Shown here: positions 45,203 through 59,134 of the stretch, in pieces
Layout: each line of letters begins with the position of its first letter
How positions within the stretch are numbered: the stretch's first letter is position 1
Assembly: GCF_009914755.1 (NCBI RefSeq)
Contig: NC_060925.1
Reading direction: 5' to 3' (one strand)
DNA length: 64,000 nucleotides
Source of the DNA: the human T2T-CHM13v2.0 reference genome, Homo sapiens
The notes under the pieces: model-generated
Database searches by the model: none
Seen by the model: only the letters and a program-made list of their open reading frames with translations
What the model was told of the DNA's origin: nothing
Translations under genes and position numbers: made by a program

Positions 45203-46334
45203 ATCAACTAAGTGAGCTGAAGAGGAAACTACAAATGAAGCCAGCAGAAGATTGAAGGACAATTTTATATAAAGAAACTATTCATCAAAAAATAAAACTT
45301 ACAATTAAAAATAATTTTAATTACTTTAAGAAATTGAGATGAAGACAACTTCTATAATATTCTATGAATGGTGGTTATAAAAAATAAAAATGCACAACAC
45401 AATGTACATATTTATCAACTATGAAAGAATAGTTCTTAAAAAGTAACATTAATAATTACACATTTAGCAGAATTATTCAAAATACAAGGGAGATTTCAAA
45501 CATTCTTTATAATAAATTTATCTTGAAAAAACTTCATAATATTCAAAATACTTGCAAAACCTTGACAATGGTACATTTTATATAACTTTATACATACTAA
45601 AAAATCTTTGGAAAATGAAAATTTTATTTGATTTCATGCACATATATATTTGCTTGCCACAACAAAATATATACACAAAATATATATTTATACACAAACA
45701 CATTGGTTGTCAATATATTCAAATTAGTTATAATTACACAACAAATTGGTTATCAGTATACTGATATCATACTCTCTAATCATACTCCGAAATCATACTC
45801 TGTATAAAGTATGTAAAAAAGCAGGTGGTATGCTCTGAAATCCAGTGATTTTATATTCTACACAGAGGGTCAAAACATAATTTAGATGAACTTTATAATT
45901 TTATAATACACACTATCATCTGGAGCAAATTAATACTGTTGGCACTGAGTGCTGATGAGGGACAAGTTTTAAGTAGAATATGTTTGCCTTTTGTATCCTA
46001 TGTTTTTATTCAATGAATAACTTTCACACGATTTAAGGAGTTGAGAACATTACTATGCTATATCTGGAACACAGGTGTTCATTTGCCTTGAAATAAGACT
46101 AATGACAGTCTGGACCTTTTGTATTGCCTTCTAACAATGCTAATGTAATAGAAATATTTGTAGTTTAGGCTACTCAAGCAGAGAGCCACACATGAAGGAG
46201 CTTATCACAAACTAAGTGCTTTAGAAATTATAGAATGTTCACTCCAGTTAATTCTACTATAATGCTAAGTATTCATTTCTACCATTAATTAGTGTCCAAA
46301 TCAAAATAAAATTATAAAGATAAAAAAGCACAAA

Positions 46335-46545
46335 TTCTAGAGTCAGAAGACCTGGAGTCCGATCCTACCTATTAATTATGTAGCTTTTGGTAAGTTAATT
46401 AACCTCTATGTCTCTTAGTTTTCATATTGGTCAAAATGAGATAAAAAATATCTATCTATGGTGCTACAGAGAATAAGTTACATACCACTTGCAAAATGTC
46501 TAGCACAGTGCCTGGGATATAGTAGGCATTCAATCAACATAAATA
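46335..46545 (+). mobile_element. MIR
   Basis: 'tagagtcagaagacctgg...ggtaagttaattaacctctatgtctcttagtttt...tagcacagtgcctgggatatagtagg'. Confidence 0.85.
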
Positions 46546-47566
46546 AATTTCTTTCAATTTCCACTGGGTCCTCAAAGCAATTTATAATATAGCATAAAAC
46601 CAATGAATGAATGTTGTATTATAGAGTTCCCACTCTTTAATAAACTAAATATTTATGTTTTCAATCACTGAGAAGTGGTTTTTACGTTATTATTACTACT
46701 TGTAAAAACTAAATAAAAAATTATATATATAAAGCATAAATTATTAAATGGTTGTGGTATACTATACTATAGATGCACCACAAAAATATATTTGTATTAC
46801 ATTACTATATAACTTTTTTCAATCAAAAAATATAAAGCAGGATATTAACAATGTAATGAAGGACATTTAATAGAGACTGAAGAAATAATAGCGCTACCTA
46901 AATCATAACTTTAATATCTTAAATACATTTCAAATAAAAATAATAAACTAATTATACTTACATGTTTCCAATATGCAAGCTTTCCTTTTATATTAGTTTC
47001 AGGTTTGAAAAAGAGATCCTTAAGGAGCTTATCTTCATACCCTTTGGTTATGTAAATCCATTTTGTTTCATATCCTCTAATAATTTTTTCCTGCTGTTTT
47101 TTTTTGTGGAAAAACACAGGGCTGAATATAAGGGGAGGGGAAAACTATTTGTTAGTTTTTTGCCATTAAAAAACATGAAAATTAGTCATGAGTTCACTTA
47201 CATCTTAGAAAACATAGTGTTAAATTGAATGTAATAATATATTTATTTTCATAGTAGTGTTATATAATGCTACTTAGTAACTAAGATTTGTTCATCAACA
47301 TTCATCAGAGGATAAATGAATGCTGAGAAATTTCAGCTGATATGAATCTACAAACAATTCTGTACTTACATCTGGCTAAGCATTTTAATAAATAATGGGA
47401 AGGAGAACATGTCTAAATTATCTATAGAAACATAAGGTAAACAGTGTGAAGTTATTTTTTTTCCAAACCTAGTGAAGAAGGAACTTTTTAAATGAGGTAA
47501 CAGTTATTACTATATCACAAAAATTATATTTGTACTTCATTACAAACTAGGAAATATACTCTAGAG

Positions 47567-47703
47567 CAGTATGTCTAACATAATATAAGCCAGAAATAAT
47601 TTTAAGTTTTTGATTAGCCACACTAAAAAAAAAGTTTAAAAAACAGGTAAGCTTAATTTTAATACTATGCTTTATTTAACCCAATAGATCAAAAATATTA
47701 CCC
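47567..47703 (+). mobile_element. MER33-like hAT fragment
   Basis: 'tagccacactaaaaaa...aacaggtaagcttaattttaatac...tttatttaacccaatag'. Confidence 0.65.
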
Positions 47704-47707
47704 AATA

Positions 47708-48240
47708 AATGGCATCTACAAGCTAACATCATACTCAATGGTCAAAAACTACATGTTTTCCCTCTAAGATTAAAAACAAAGAAAGGATGTAATCTTTCAT
47801 CAAACCTACTCAATATTGTACTACAATGCCTACTGGTCTAATAAGGCAATAAAAAGAAAACCATAGACCAATCTCACCTTTGAAACAGGCACAAAAATTC
47901 TAAATATTAGTGAAAAGAATCTAGTAATGTAAGCAAAGAATAATAACACTATGATAATGTATTGTAAAACTCACTACGTCAACAAATTAGTGGAGGAAAA
48001 AAGTGTGATTATATAAGTACACACAGGAAAGTCATTGGATAAAATTTAGCAGCCTATTTTATAGAAAAATCTTTGTAAAACAGGATCAAAAGAAACCACA
48101 TCAATATCACGGAGGTGATTTACCAAAAATCAGTAACATCCATTCTGAGTGATAAAATAATCGTTTGAAGTAAAATGATAAATGAGGTAGATGGTTACCA
48201 TTATTACCATTATTATTCAATAGGAGAAATAAAACTAGGA
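47708..48240 (+). mobile_element. Old L1M ORF2 (RT) fragments
   Basis: 'gctaacatcatactcaatggtcaaaaact...ttccctctaagat' (ANIILNG..FPL) and 'agaccaatctcacct'. Confidence 0.7.
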
Positions 48241-48334
48241 ATAACTGAGGAAAGCAATCTTCTCACTTCTAAGATGTTTTAAGCAGACTCCACCTATTTA
48301 CTCCTTCATTCAAAATATTTGTATTAATGACATA

Positions 48335-48735
48335 CAAATTAGTTAAGGTAAAATATACTAAGATAATACAATTTATAATAATTTAAATAAGGCCGTTTAC
48401 TTTCTCATGCTGACCAGTCTAGGCTAGTGGAGTAGCCCTGCTCCATAAAGTCATTCGATTTTGTTTTACCATATCCAAAATCACTGCCATCAGCTACATG
48501 ATGAATGCACTCTAGCCCATGGAATAAGGAAACGTGAAAACAAAGGGGGAGCAATAACAATTTAAGCACATAAAATCGAAGTTGTACTCATTACTTCTGC
48601 TCACTTTCCAATATAACAACAACAAAAAATTGTAGTCTGATGAATATACTTAGTCACGAGAGAGTGTGAATACAATCTCTAGTTTTCAGTCAATTGCCAA
48701 AAGAAAAGAAAAGAATGGATGTTAAAGGGAAAAGT
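48335..48735 (-). mobile_element. Old MLT1 solo LTR
   Basis: 'ctgctccataaagtcattc...gaagttgtactcattacttctgctcac'. Confidence 0.5.
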
Positions 48736-48739
48736 AGTC

Positions 48740-49100
48740 TTCTGCAAATGCTCAATATGTGCCCTGTGAAGAGAAAAAAAAAAGTTTCTACCATGATGAA
48801 GCTTATATTCTCTACTATGTAGAGACAGATAGTATATAAATAAAATACAAAATATATAATAAGTAAATTGCTTTTTACATAGTCTGGTCTGGGATAATAT
48901 TGCTAAGAAGAGACAAGATATAGCGGGCATCACAGAAAAAAAATTCCAGTCACAGCAAATACCAAGTGCAAAGAACCAGGCAGAAGTATGCTTCATGAGA
49001 TAAGACCACATTTGGCATGTCTGAAAAACAGAAAGAAGGTCACTGAGATGGAAAGTCATTGCAGAGCTTTGAGCAGAAGAGTGGCTTTGAAAAGGATCAT
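48740..49100 (-). mobile_element. L2 fragments
   Basis: 'atgaagcttatattct...agacaga', 'tttggcatgtctgaaaaacagaaagaaggtcactg'. Confidence 0.55.
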
Positions 49101-49104
49101 GTTG

Positions 49105-52100
49105 GGGAGATGATTTTCTGGAATAGAGATGTGAGAAATTCTGTGGAATCTCTTCCCAGTGAAACAATATCTAGTGGAAATTATTTTTTTAAGTTATATA
49201 TCTCTGGAAATTGTCCAAAGGGCATACAGCAAAATAAACATCTATTCAAGAAAATCTATTACATCTCAGTGTTAACAGTGAATCTTTGCCATTTAAACCA
49301 CAATTTTCTCTCTTCTTTCCTCCCTTCCTCCCTCAACCCCAGTTCAGTATGACAGAAGTTCCACCCTGAATAAGTACAGCCAAGAACATAGGATCCCTCT
49401 ACTACTGGGTCCCAGTTGAGGGCTATGGTATTTTCACAAGAAATGCATAAATTTATCTCACATCCCGATCCTACCTCCATGTTTCAGAGATATTATGTCA
49501 GGAAAGAATAGTTGAGAGGTCTGGGGCTTTCTTCATCCCTCCAGCTCCCACTGATAGGCAGAAGCTCTAATCAAGGTGCAACGGGGAGAGAATACTGGAG
49601 CCCTGGTAGCCCTTACTCCAGATCACTTGTAAGATAGCGATTCTGAGACAGGTGAGGCAAGTTGAGAAGACTAGAGACTGCTGTCACAGCTGAGCACTCT
49701 ATTTGTGAATGTCACTCTGAAAAAAGTGAGCCACTGCCTCCTCCTTCTGATCTAGGACAGTGGCACAGTGATTTTGCCTAAGGATAAATGTAGCCTATAT
49801 GAACATAGAACCTGAAGTGCTCTCCTCATCCTCTCAAAGTGAACTGACTTTATGAAACAGAGTGTGGAGAATTTCAAATCTAAAGGCACTGTTAAAGACA
49901 GTAGAGATTATGATGTTAAGCAATTAAGAGGAGGATGGTAGCTCCATGAGACTAAAAAGGTAAACTGAAGATCAGGTTGAAGTTTTCCAGAGAAAAACAG
50001 GAAAAGAGCTAAGAAGAATATCGGGATTAGAGCAAACAGCAAAAACTGGCCTCAAAGATTACCCTGGAAGGGGCCCCAACATAAAATGAATCAGACAGTG
50101 GGTCAATTTATGTTCCAGAGCATTGTTAAAGACAATAGAACAATCAACCAGCAATTAGTGGAGGTTGACACTGGGTTTGATACTAAAAAAGTTCAGACAG
50201 CTTAACAGGGAAATCAGAGAAGACAGTCAAAGAAAGCTTATACCACTGTCCTACCAAGAGCAACATAGCTGGCCAAATAGCTGACTATAGCTGGTGCACG
50301 CTCTGAGGAGCAATATCAGAGGCTTGCACAATGCAGGGAAAATAGACTTCACTAAAATAGTCCAGCCAAATTATTAAACAAATAAACAAATCACAACAAG
50401 AAACTCTGGGTGGGGCTACAGTATCCCGGATTGTTACGATACATTACCTAAAATGTCTAATTTTAAACAAAATGTTATTAGGCAAAGAAACACAAAAATG
50501 TAAATTATATACAAAATAGGGCAGACAACAGAAACCAACATAGAAAGGGCCCAGACAACAGGCGAAACAAAGACTTCAAAGCAGATGTTATAAATATGTT
50601 GAAAGAAAATCAAGCTTAAGTAAGTAAATACACTTAAAAGAAATCAAATACATTTAAAGGCATGACAACAATGCCTTTTCAAATAAAGACTATCAGTGAA
50701 GACATAAAAATAATTTAAAAAAAACCAAAAATTTTGCAACTGAGAAGTACAATAACTGAAACAAAAAAATTTTACTATGGTGGCTCAACAGATTATGCTG
50801 AAAAACAGAAATAAAATGAAGACAAGTGAACAGACCCACAAAAAGTTGAGGGATACAATTAAGTCCACCAGTACAAATAATGGGAGTACAAGAAAATAAT
50901 AGAGACAGAGAGAAAAAGGCAGAAAATAAATATTATAATAATGGCTAAAAATTCTAAAACTTGATTTTGAAAAATTAATCTACACATCCAAGAAGTCCAA
51001 TGAATGTAAAGAGGTCCACGTCCAGACACATCATAGTAAAATTACTGAAATCTAAAGACAGAAAATCTCGAAAATGTCTTCTTGAGCTCACGAAAAATGA
51101 TGAGTCATGTCCAAAGGAACCCCAATAAAATTAACTATGGCTCTCTTATGAGAAACAATGGAAGCCAGAAGGCAATAGTATGACATTGTCAAAGTTCTGA
51201 GAGAAGAAAAAGAAGAAAGAAATTCAATTAACAATCTTAAATCCAGAAAATATGATCTTTCAAAACTGAAGGTGAAATAACAATGTTTCCAGATCAATAC
51301 AAGCTAAAATAATTTACTTCTAGCAGCATGCTTTTTACGAGCTAATAAAGGAAGTTCTCTTTAGGCTGAAGTCAAGAGACCTCCATGCTTTTTAAGATTA
51401 AAAAAAGCAGAATGCTGGCAAAGGTAATTATGTAATTATTAATGGGTATAAATGCATATTTTTTCTCTTAACTAATTGAAAAAGTAATTATATAAACATA
51501 TATATATAAATCCCCTCTCTCTTTCTCTATCTCTCTCTCTATATATATACACACAACTATATATATAATTGTATCATTTTATGTGTATATTGTTATATAT
51601 ATACACATATATATAATTGTATTGTTGGATCTATAACATATAGAAACATATCTGACAATAAGAGCACAAGGAGGCAGGTGAGAGCAAGTTGGAATAGTGA
51701 AACTACCTCAAATGGTAGCTCAAATCCACAAAAATAAAGAGAACTAAAAATGATAAATAGAAATATAATATAACAAACTCTATGAATATATCCATTCATC
51801 TTTTAGTTTCTTTAAAAAGCTTACAGTTTTATAATGTAACAATTATAGTCACAAACTGTCGGATTTGTAACATGTATAGATGTAATATGTCTAATTTAAT
51901 AGTACAAAAAGTGGGGAAAGGGAATAATGCTATATAGAAGTAATGTCTCCAAATCTCACTAGACTTAAGTTAGTATAAATATGAAGTAGACAAGATAAGT
52001 TAAAGTGTATATTGTAAGGCCTAATAAAAGCACCAAGATCATGCCTGTAATCCCAGCACTTTGGGAGGCCGAGGTGGGTAGATCATGAGGTCAGGAGATC

Positions 52101-52450
52101 GAGAGCATCCTGGCTAACACAGTGAAACCCCATCTCTACTAAAAATACAAAAAATTAGCCAGGCGTGGTGGCAGGCACCTGTAGTCCCAGCTACTCAGGA
52201 GGCTGAGGCAGGAGAATGGCATGAACCAGGAGGCGGAGCTTTCAGTGAGCAGAGACGGAGCCACTGAACTCTAGCTTGGGCAACAGAGCGAGACTCCGTC
52301 TTAAAAAAAAAAAAAATATGCACCAAGAAAATCACTAAAAACATACAATTAAAAATCAATAAAGAAATGTAAATGTTAAGCTATAAAATATTCACTAACA
52401 ATAAAAGCTGTAAAAGAAGAGAGGAACAAAAAAGATATAAGACATATCTG
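49105..52450 (+). mobile_element. Old L1 (L1MC/MD-type) 5'UTR, ORF1 and inter-ORF region, interrupted by AluY
   Basis: ORF1 remnants 'acatccaagaagtccaatgaa', 'ccagacacatcatagtaaaattactgaaa', 'gaaacaatggaagccagaaggcaatag'. Confidence 0.78.
52039..52319 (+). mobile_element. 5'-truncated AluY
   Basis: Y diagnostics ('ggagatcgag', 'ctggctaacac', 'gaatggcatgaacc', 'ggagctt'); TSD gcaccaaga at 52030-52038 and 52320-52328. Confidence 0.93.
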
Positions 52451-54921
52451 TGAATAATGTTAAGATTTAAGTTTATTTTAAAATAAATTCCCCTTTTATT
52501 CTTAATATTTTATACAATTATATGATTAATTTTACATGGCTCCTATTTTAAATATAATCTTTAATTTTATTTTCATTTTCTTTCTAAAATATACTATCTT
52601 GTCGAATGATTTATTTTTTATAATGTCTGAAAGAAAGTAAACTCATAGAATTGAAGCGGTACAAATCATTTCCACAACCTACAGATATTAAAACCTAATT
52701 TTTATCTCAGAAGAAGTATTTATTCACTCTTTCATGAATTGCTCAATCATTCATTCATTCAAAAAACACTGTTCTAGACTCTAAGGACCTATTGATTAAA
52801 AATCCAAAGTCTAATGATGTTTAGATTAGGAAAACTTCTCAATGGAAGATTATTTTTCTCTTATGATGAATTATAAGGACAAAACATTTAAATTTAACTT
52901 TTAAAAACATCAATTATTTAATCTCAACATTTCTTTAATATTTCCATCTCATCTTATTTTTACTGGAGACTCCCTAAATGACATTCTAACAGGAAGTGGC
53001 TTTTTAATGAACTACTGGCTGGAGGAATTCAGGAATTATCTGCTTGCCTTAGCAATTAAAACTCTCATTACAAAATAGAAAATAACTCAAGAGTTCAAAA
53101 TAAAATGGGGTGTTTGTAAAACTTTGCTTTGCCTTCAATAAGTAAGTGGCTTCATTAATCCATTAAGATCCTGGCTGGACAGTGTGAGACAGTCCAGATC
53201 TCAAGATCAAGGTAACCTAGCCAGAAGACAGGGGTCTTGGATCTTTCATGAAATAACTCAGATTTACTCTAATTTTCCAAGAATAAAGGCTAAAAAACAG
53301 GAGAATTTTAAAGTTATGTTATATATTACAGTTTAGCTTCAGGGTCATGAATCTATACTGAGAAAAATACCCATAGCTTTCTTCAGATTCCCAAAGGAAT
53401 CTGAACCCTCCCACCAAAAAGTCAAATGTTGGAACAGGTGTTAAAACAACTAAGAATGTTCTAAAAGAGAAGAAAAACAAGACTTGATGACAAAAACCAA
53501 ATATTAAACGCTTAAAATGCATAATGTAAAATAGAAAATCAATACAAAGAACTAAAACAATATAAATGAGGACATTATTCAATTAAAATAAGTCCAAAAT
53601 ATACATTCTTTCTTTTTAAAAATCAAAATATATTGATTTTAAAAACCTGAAAACAAAAAACCCCACTACAGCTTAAAACAATAAAACAGAAGAATTCTCC
53701 AATATAGACGTTTTTCCACAGCAGAGTACCCAATATTAGAGAAATGTGTTGGTGTAGAGAGAATACCAAAAGAATAAAAAATAAAAATCCATACACTGCC
53801 CTATACCTGGAGCTCTTGCCCTTGCCCACTGAAATTAAGGTAATAGAGTTTCACTGTGTTCTTTTGTAACTTTGGAAATATGAGGTCATGTATTAAAGAA
53901 TACTATCATGGCTTGAAATTTGAAGGCTAGAAAACCAATATAAGGGTCTATTAACAGTTCTCTGAAATGACAACATACAGGCAATCAGATATAAGGCTCA
54001 CCCCCACTGAACCTGTCAAAGGGTGAGATAATAACTTCAGCAATTTCAGAAAAAAAATTGAGATTTCTTTCTATGGTATTAAATAAAAAACAATTGGATT
54101 AATTATTATTTTACAATTCAATACACAGGTATTATTAACTAAAAAATATTAGATAATTTTTAAGTTTTCCTCAAAGTTTGTTGCTAATTACCTGGGTTCA
54201 GTAGAAAAATACAAGGAAGTGAGCATCAAAATTCAAAGGAAATGTTGATCACAGTAATTTTTACATAAGAAAGAAGATACATATGTTTAGAATGCTTTAA
54301 AAGTATCTACAAAATGCTATCTGCAAAGAGCTTTAAATTTACATATTAATGAAAAAATTTAAGCCATTATGTATTAAGATTTTATGATAATAGGTAATAT
54401 ACCATTAATAAGGTATAAATTGCAGAAGCATGAAGAGCCAAACTTATAAAGACCCATAATTCAAACGATTATTAATTTAAAAGAGTAAATCTGCCCTGTT
54501 ATGTACTTAGTCTTCAGCTCTATTTGTCCTAAAAAGGAAATGATTAGTTATAATGTAGTGTCACCTTTTAGTTCTTTTCTACTGTAAAACAAAGAAAGGT
54601 ATATTAAATTATTTAAAAAGAATCATCACAATAATCATCACAATCAGTAAAGGAAAAGTCACTATCATTTTCAGAACATTTGTATATCAAAATATTTTAA
54701 ATAGAAGTTATCCAGAACTGATGATAAAAGGTGATTTTCCAGGTAACTTTGGCAATGGTTGAAAGTAAAAATATAGATAGATGGAAAAGATGTGTATATT
54801 TTATCACAATTGGAAATATTAACTTTCAACATAGCCTTTAAGAGCTACCTCCAACCACCTTCATTCCTGTGGCTCATTTCATTAAATAAAGACTTGACTT
54901 AATGACAAGAGTCTCACGTAA

Positions 54922-54964
54922 AAAGTATGAAGAAAAGATAAGCAAAGTATGAAGAAAAGATAAG
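54922..54964. repeat. 21-bp direct duplication (aaagtatgaagaaaagataag x2, period 22)
   Basis: Copies at 54922-54942 and 54944-54964. Confidence 0.95.
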
Positions 54965-55052
54965 GCCTTATTATTTGTATTAACAGTAGTACAATTATTA
55001 GCAGAAATAATAGAAAAACAAATATTGTCTTGATAAGATTAATAATATACCA

Positions 55053-55341
<289 letters not shown>

Positions 55342-55399
55342 TAATAATACACCATATAACTAGCAATTACTAGTATCAGTAATACAATAATAAAAATAT

Positions 55400-55690
55400 A
55401 ATTCTATATATCCATTGACCTGGCAAATCAAATTCTAGAAACTGTTTATAAAGACATTATAATGGATATATAGACATATGTAAATTTACAGGGTTTTGTC
55501 CCTATCTTTTTATAATTTAGAGAAAATAGAAACCATAATAATGTCCACCAAGAAGGGAGAATTTACCTAAATAAAACATAACCATTTAAAAGAATACATT
55601 TAGCTATTAAAAATTGTTATGGAATAATATCTAATACTATAGAAAATGGAACCAACCCTATTAGAAAATAGCAGGCATAACATACCCTTT
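55400..55690 (+). mobile_element. L1ME 3' fragment
   Basis: 'ccattgacctggcaaatcaaattctagaa...aaatgtccaccaagaaggga'. Confidence 0.5.
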
Positions 55691-56205
55691 TTTGTAAAAT
55701 AAAAATACACTCACATGTATATGTACACATTTTTAAAATTGTATACACACACACACACAATTATCAATCATTACTACACTCTCGCTTTTACAGACCATTG
55801 CACAGGCACCTACCCATACATTTGGTTCCACATTTTTCCCTTGTTCAAACGGACATAAACTTTTGCCCTTGTTTTTTGCAAAAAAAGAAGTTTGTTAAAT
55901 GTATTTTTTTTGTAACTTGCTTTTCTAACTTAATACATTTCTGAAATCACTCAAATTAAATTTTAGAACTAACCCATTACTTTTTAACAACTGCATAATA
56001 TTTTATACTGTCTTTGTATCCAGTTTTCAACAAAGGACACACATAAGTTTTTCAAGAGTTTTGCCACCAGAAATAAGACAGTATCTCTCTTGCTCTCTTT
56101 CTCTCTCGGTCTCTTCCCAGCCTTCTCCCCAACCCCACTACCTCCCACACACACATTTTATTTTTGTAGTATAAGTTTCAAGAACTGTTATTGCTGGCGT
56201 AAGAG

Positions 56206-56665
56206 TGTATTAGTCAGGATTCTCTAGAAAAATAGAACCAGTAGAAAAAAAATATAGAGATATATATATAGAGAGAGAGCAAGAGAGATTTATTTTAAGG
56301 AATTGGCTCACACAATTGTGGAAGCTGGCAAGTCTGAAATCTGTAGGGCAGGCCTGCAGAGAAAAGTTGATGTTGCAATCTCAATTCCAACTCTGCAGTC
56401 TCAAAATTCAGGCAGGGTTTCTATGTCGCAGTGTTGAGGAAGAAATGCTTCTTCAAGAAATCTTGGTCTTTGTATTTGAGACCTTTAATTGATTAGATGA
56501 GGCTCACCCACATTATGGAGGGTAATATGCTTCACTCAAAGTCTACAAATTTAAATGTTAATCACATCTAAAATTCTACCGTTATAACAACATCTGGGCA
56601 GGTGTTTGACCAAGTAACTGAGCACCGTAGCCTAGCTATGTTGACACATAAAATTAAACATTACA
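56206..56665 (-). mobile_element. MLT2D-like ERVL solo LTR
   Basis: 'tgtattagtcaggattctctagaaaaatagaacc...gttgacacataaaattaaacattaca'; flanks aagag/aatag. Confidence 0.88.
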
Positions 56666-57644
56666 AATAGTATAACACTTTAAAAATTAATTTTAGTAAA
56701 AATTGTCATTTTTTTTAAAATGGTGATAGCAATTGTCACCAGCAATATAATTCCCTTTCTCTTAAATCCTTATAAGAACTATTATCCCACTTTAAATTTT
56801 TTTTCAAATTAGGGAAATATATCTAATTGCTGATATAATTTGCATACTCTTGAATATTAATGAGGTTAAAGATCTTTTGATATGTTGGTTGGTAGTTTAT
56901 ATTTCTTCTTCTGTAAGTTGTCTATTCACATCCTTTGTCCATTTTTTTCTGACTCATTTTTCTTTGCTCGACTACTTTATATACAAGCTATTTATATGTG
57001 AACATTTTCTGATTTGTATAGACATATTCTTTTGAAAGTAGTTAAATACATTTTCTCCATATATAGGTCACTTACAGTCTCCCCCACAACAACGTTACAA
57101 AAATATACAACTTAATTGTCTTCTAATGTCCTATATGTAATGTTTTAACTCATCTGAAATATATTTTTGTTTATGGGTGTACAGTAAGAAAACAAATATT
57201 TTGTTTAGAAAGATAAACAATTTTACCACTATCAATTATTAAATAAATCATCCTTTCCCCACCAAATTAAAATAATACTCCTATCCTACTTTGAGATTCC
57301 CTTATATACACAGCTCTTTTTAGGGGCCCTTGTTATTCTGTTCATCTGATTTCTCTATCCCTGTGCCAATAAAATCATATATCGATAAAGTGGCCTAAAA
57401 GTAATTTTTAATATTTGGAAAGGCATATTTCTTCAGATGTTTCTTGGATATTACAAAGCATTTAATTTTCCTTCTCTGGAACTTTAAAAGCATATTTCCC
57501 AGTATCTCTACAAAAACAAGATTGTAATTGAAATCACTTATGTTTAAACATAAACTTAGAAAGGATGGTTATTTGTATTATACTGAATTCTCACACAGAA
57601 ATATGGTATTTATTTATATATGTTCAGGTTTTATTATTTGATAA

Positions 57645-57979
<335 letters not shown>

Positions 57980-58845
57980 TCTATGTTGTTTCTTAAATAT
58001 TTTCCGGTTTTATTAACAAGGGGAAATATAAAATTTTCCATTTATATGCAATTGGAATTTTGTTAGTATGAAGAAAAACATCAATTTTTATATATGCATA
58101 TTTTGTATCCAGCCACCAGCCAAATTTTTTAAATCTACTAATCTCTTTGATTTACCATTCATATTAATACATTATATAATAATCTAATTTCTTTCTTATT
58201 TTCTAAACATGTGGCCAGATTTATCTTATGTATGGCCTTAACTTGAAACTCCAAAACAATGTTAAAAACTTTAAATTTTAAAATAAATGATAATATTTAA
58301 TAAATAGCTCAGTCTTTTAAAATTATTTTTATTAGAAAGAGTGTTAATTTTATTAAGTTACTTTTCGGGCACTCAATAACATGATTACATTTTCTCCATT
58401 AATTAATTGTATTAATAAGTTTCCCACTTATTATCCCTCGATTCGTGGACTAAACTTTACTTGGTCAAATTTATTAAACCTCTCATATATTGCAGAACAT
58501 TATGATTGATTAACATTTAACATTTGTGTCTACCTGTGTTCCTGATGCTGGGCAGTAACATTTTTATTACCCTGTCATGTATTAGAATTAAAATTGTACC
58601 AACCTTATAAAATGAATAGGTATTTAAAAAACTTTTCCTATGTGCAGGAATAATTTAAACAATATTATAGTCTTGTTCATTAAAGATTATGTGGAACTCA
58701 GAAATAAAACTACTTGAGAATAGTGTCTTTGTCAATGTTCATTCATTATTTTATTGTTTGCTTATTGGTCTACAGAGATATTATACTCACCTTGAGTCCA
58801 TTTTGATGGTTTGTATTTGCTAGATATCATTCTTATTTTGGCAGA

Positions 58846-59054
58846 TAAATGCCATCCAACTTTTCCATGTCATGGCAAACAAAGAAAATGATATTATTTG
58901 TTTATTACTGAAAACAAACCAAGTAACTTGTGGCTGGAAGGGACCTGCCAAAAAGGTGCAGAGGATTACGGCTGCCCTAGGCTTGCGCTGACTGCTGAAC
59001 CATAACCCCTTATGGGCAAGACTATGTGGCACAGTAAGCTAGTGAGAAGTTTTT
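58846..59054 (+). mobile_element. MER112-like hAT-Charlie element
   Basis: 'ccaacttttccatgtcatggcaaacaaagaaaatgatattatttgt...cggctgccctaggc...' resembles the recalled MER112 consensus; followed by 'ctctagac'. Confidence 0.6.
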
Positions 59055-59134
59055 CTCTAGACTTTAATATTTCATAGTTTTGTAGGCTAGTCATCTATAT
59101 AATTTTAATCTTATTAGTAATTTTGGTTACAGAT

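Noticed and set aside
48679-49480. 162-aa and neighbouring ORFs
   Set aside because: They span junctions of MLT1, L2 and old L1 remnants, with low-complexity composition and no recognisable domain.
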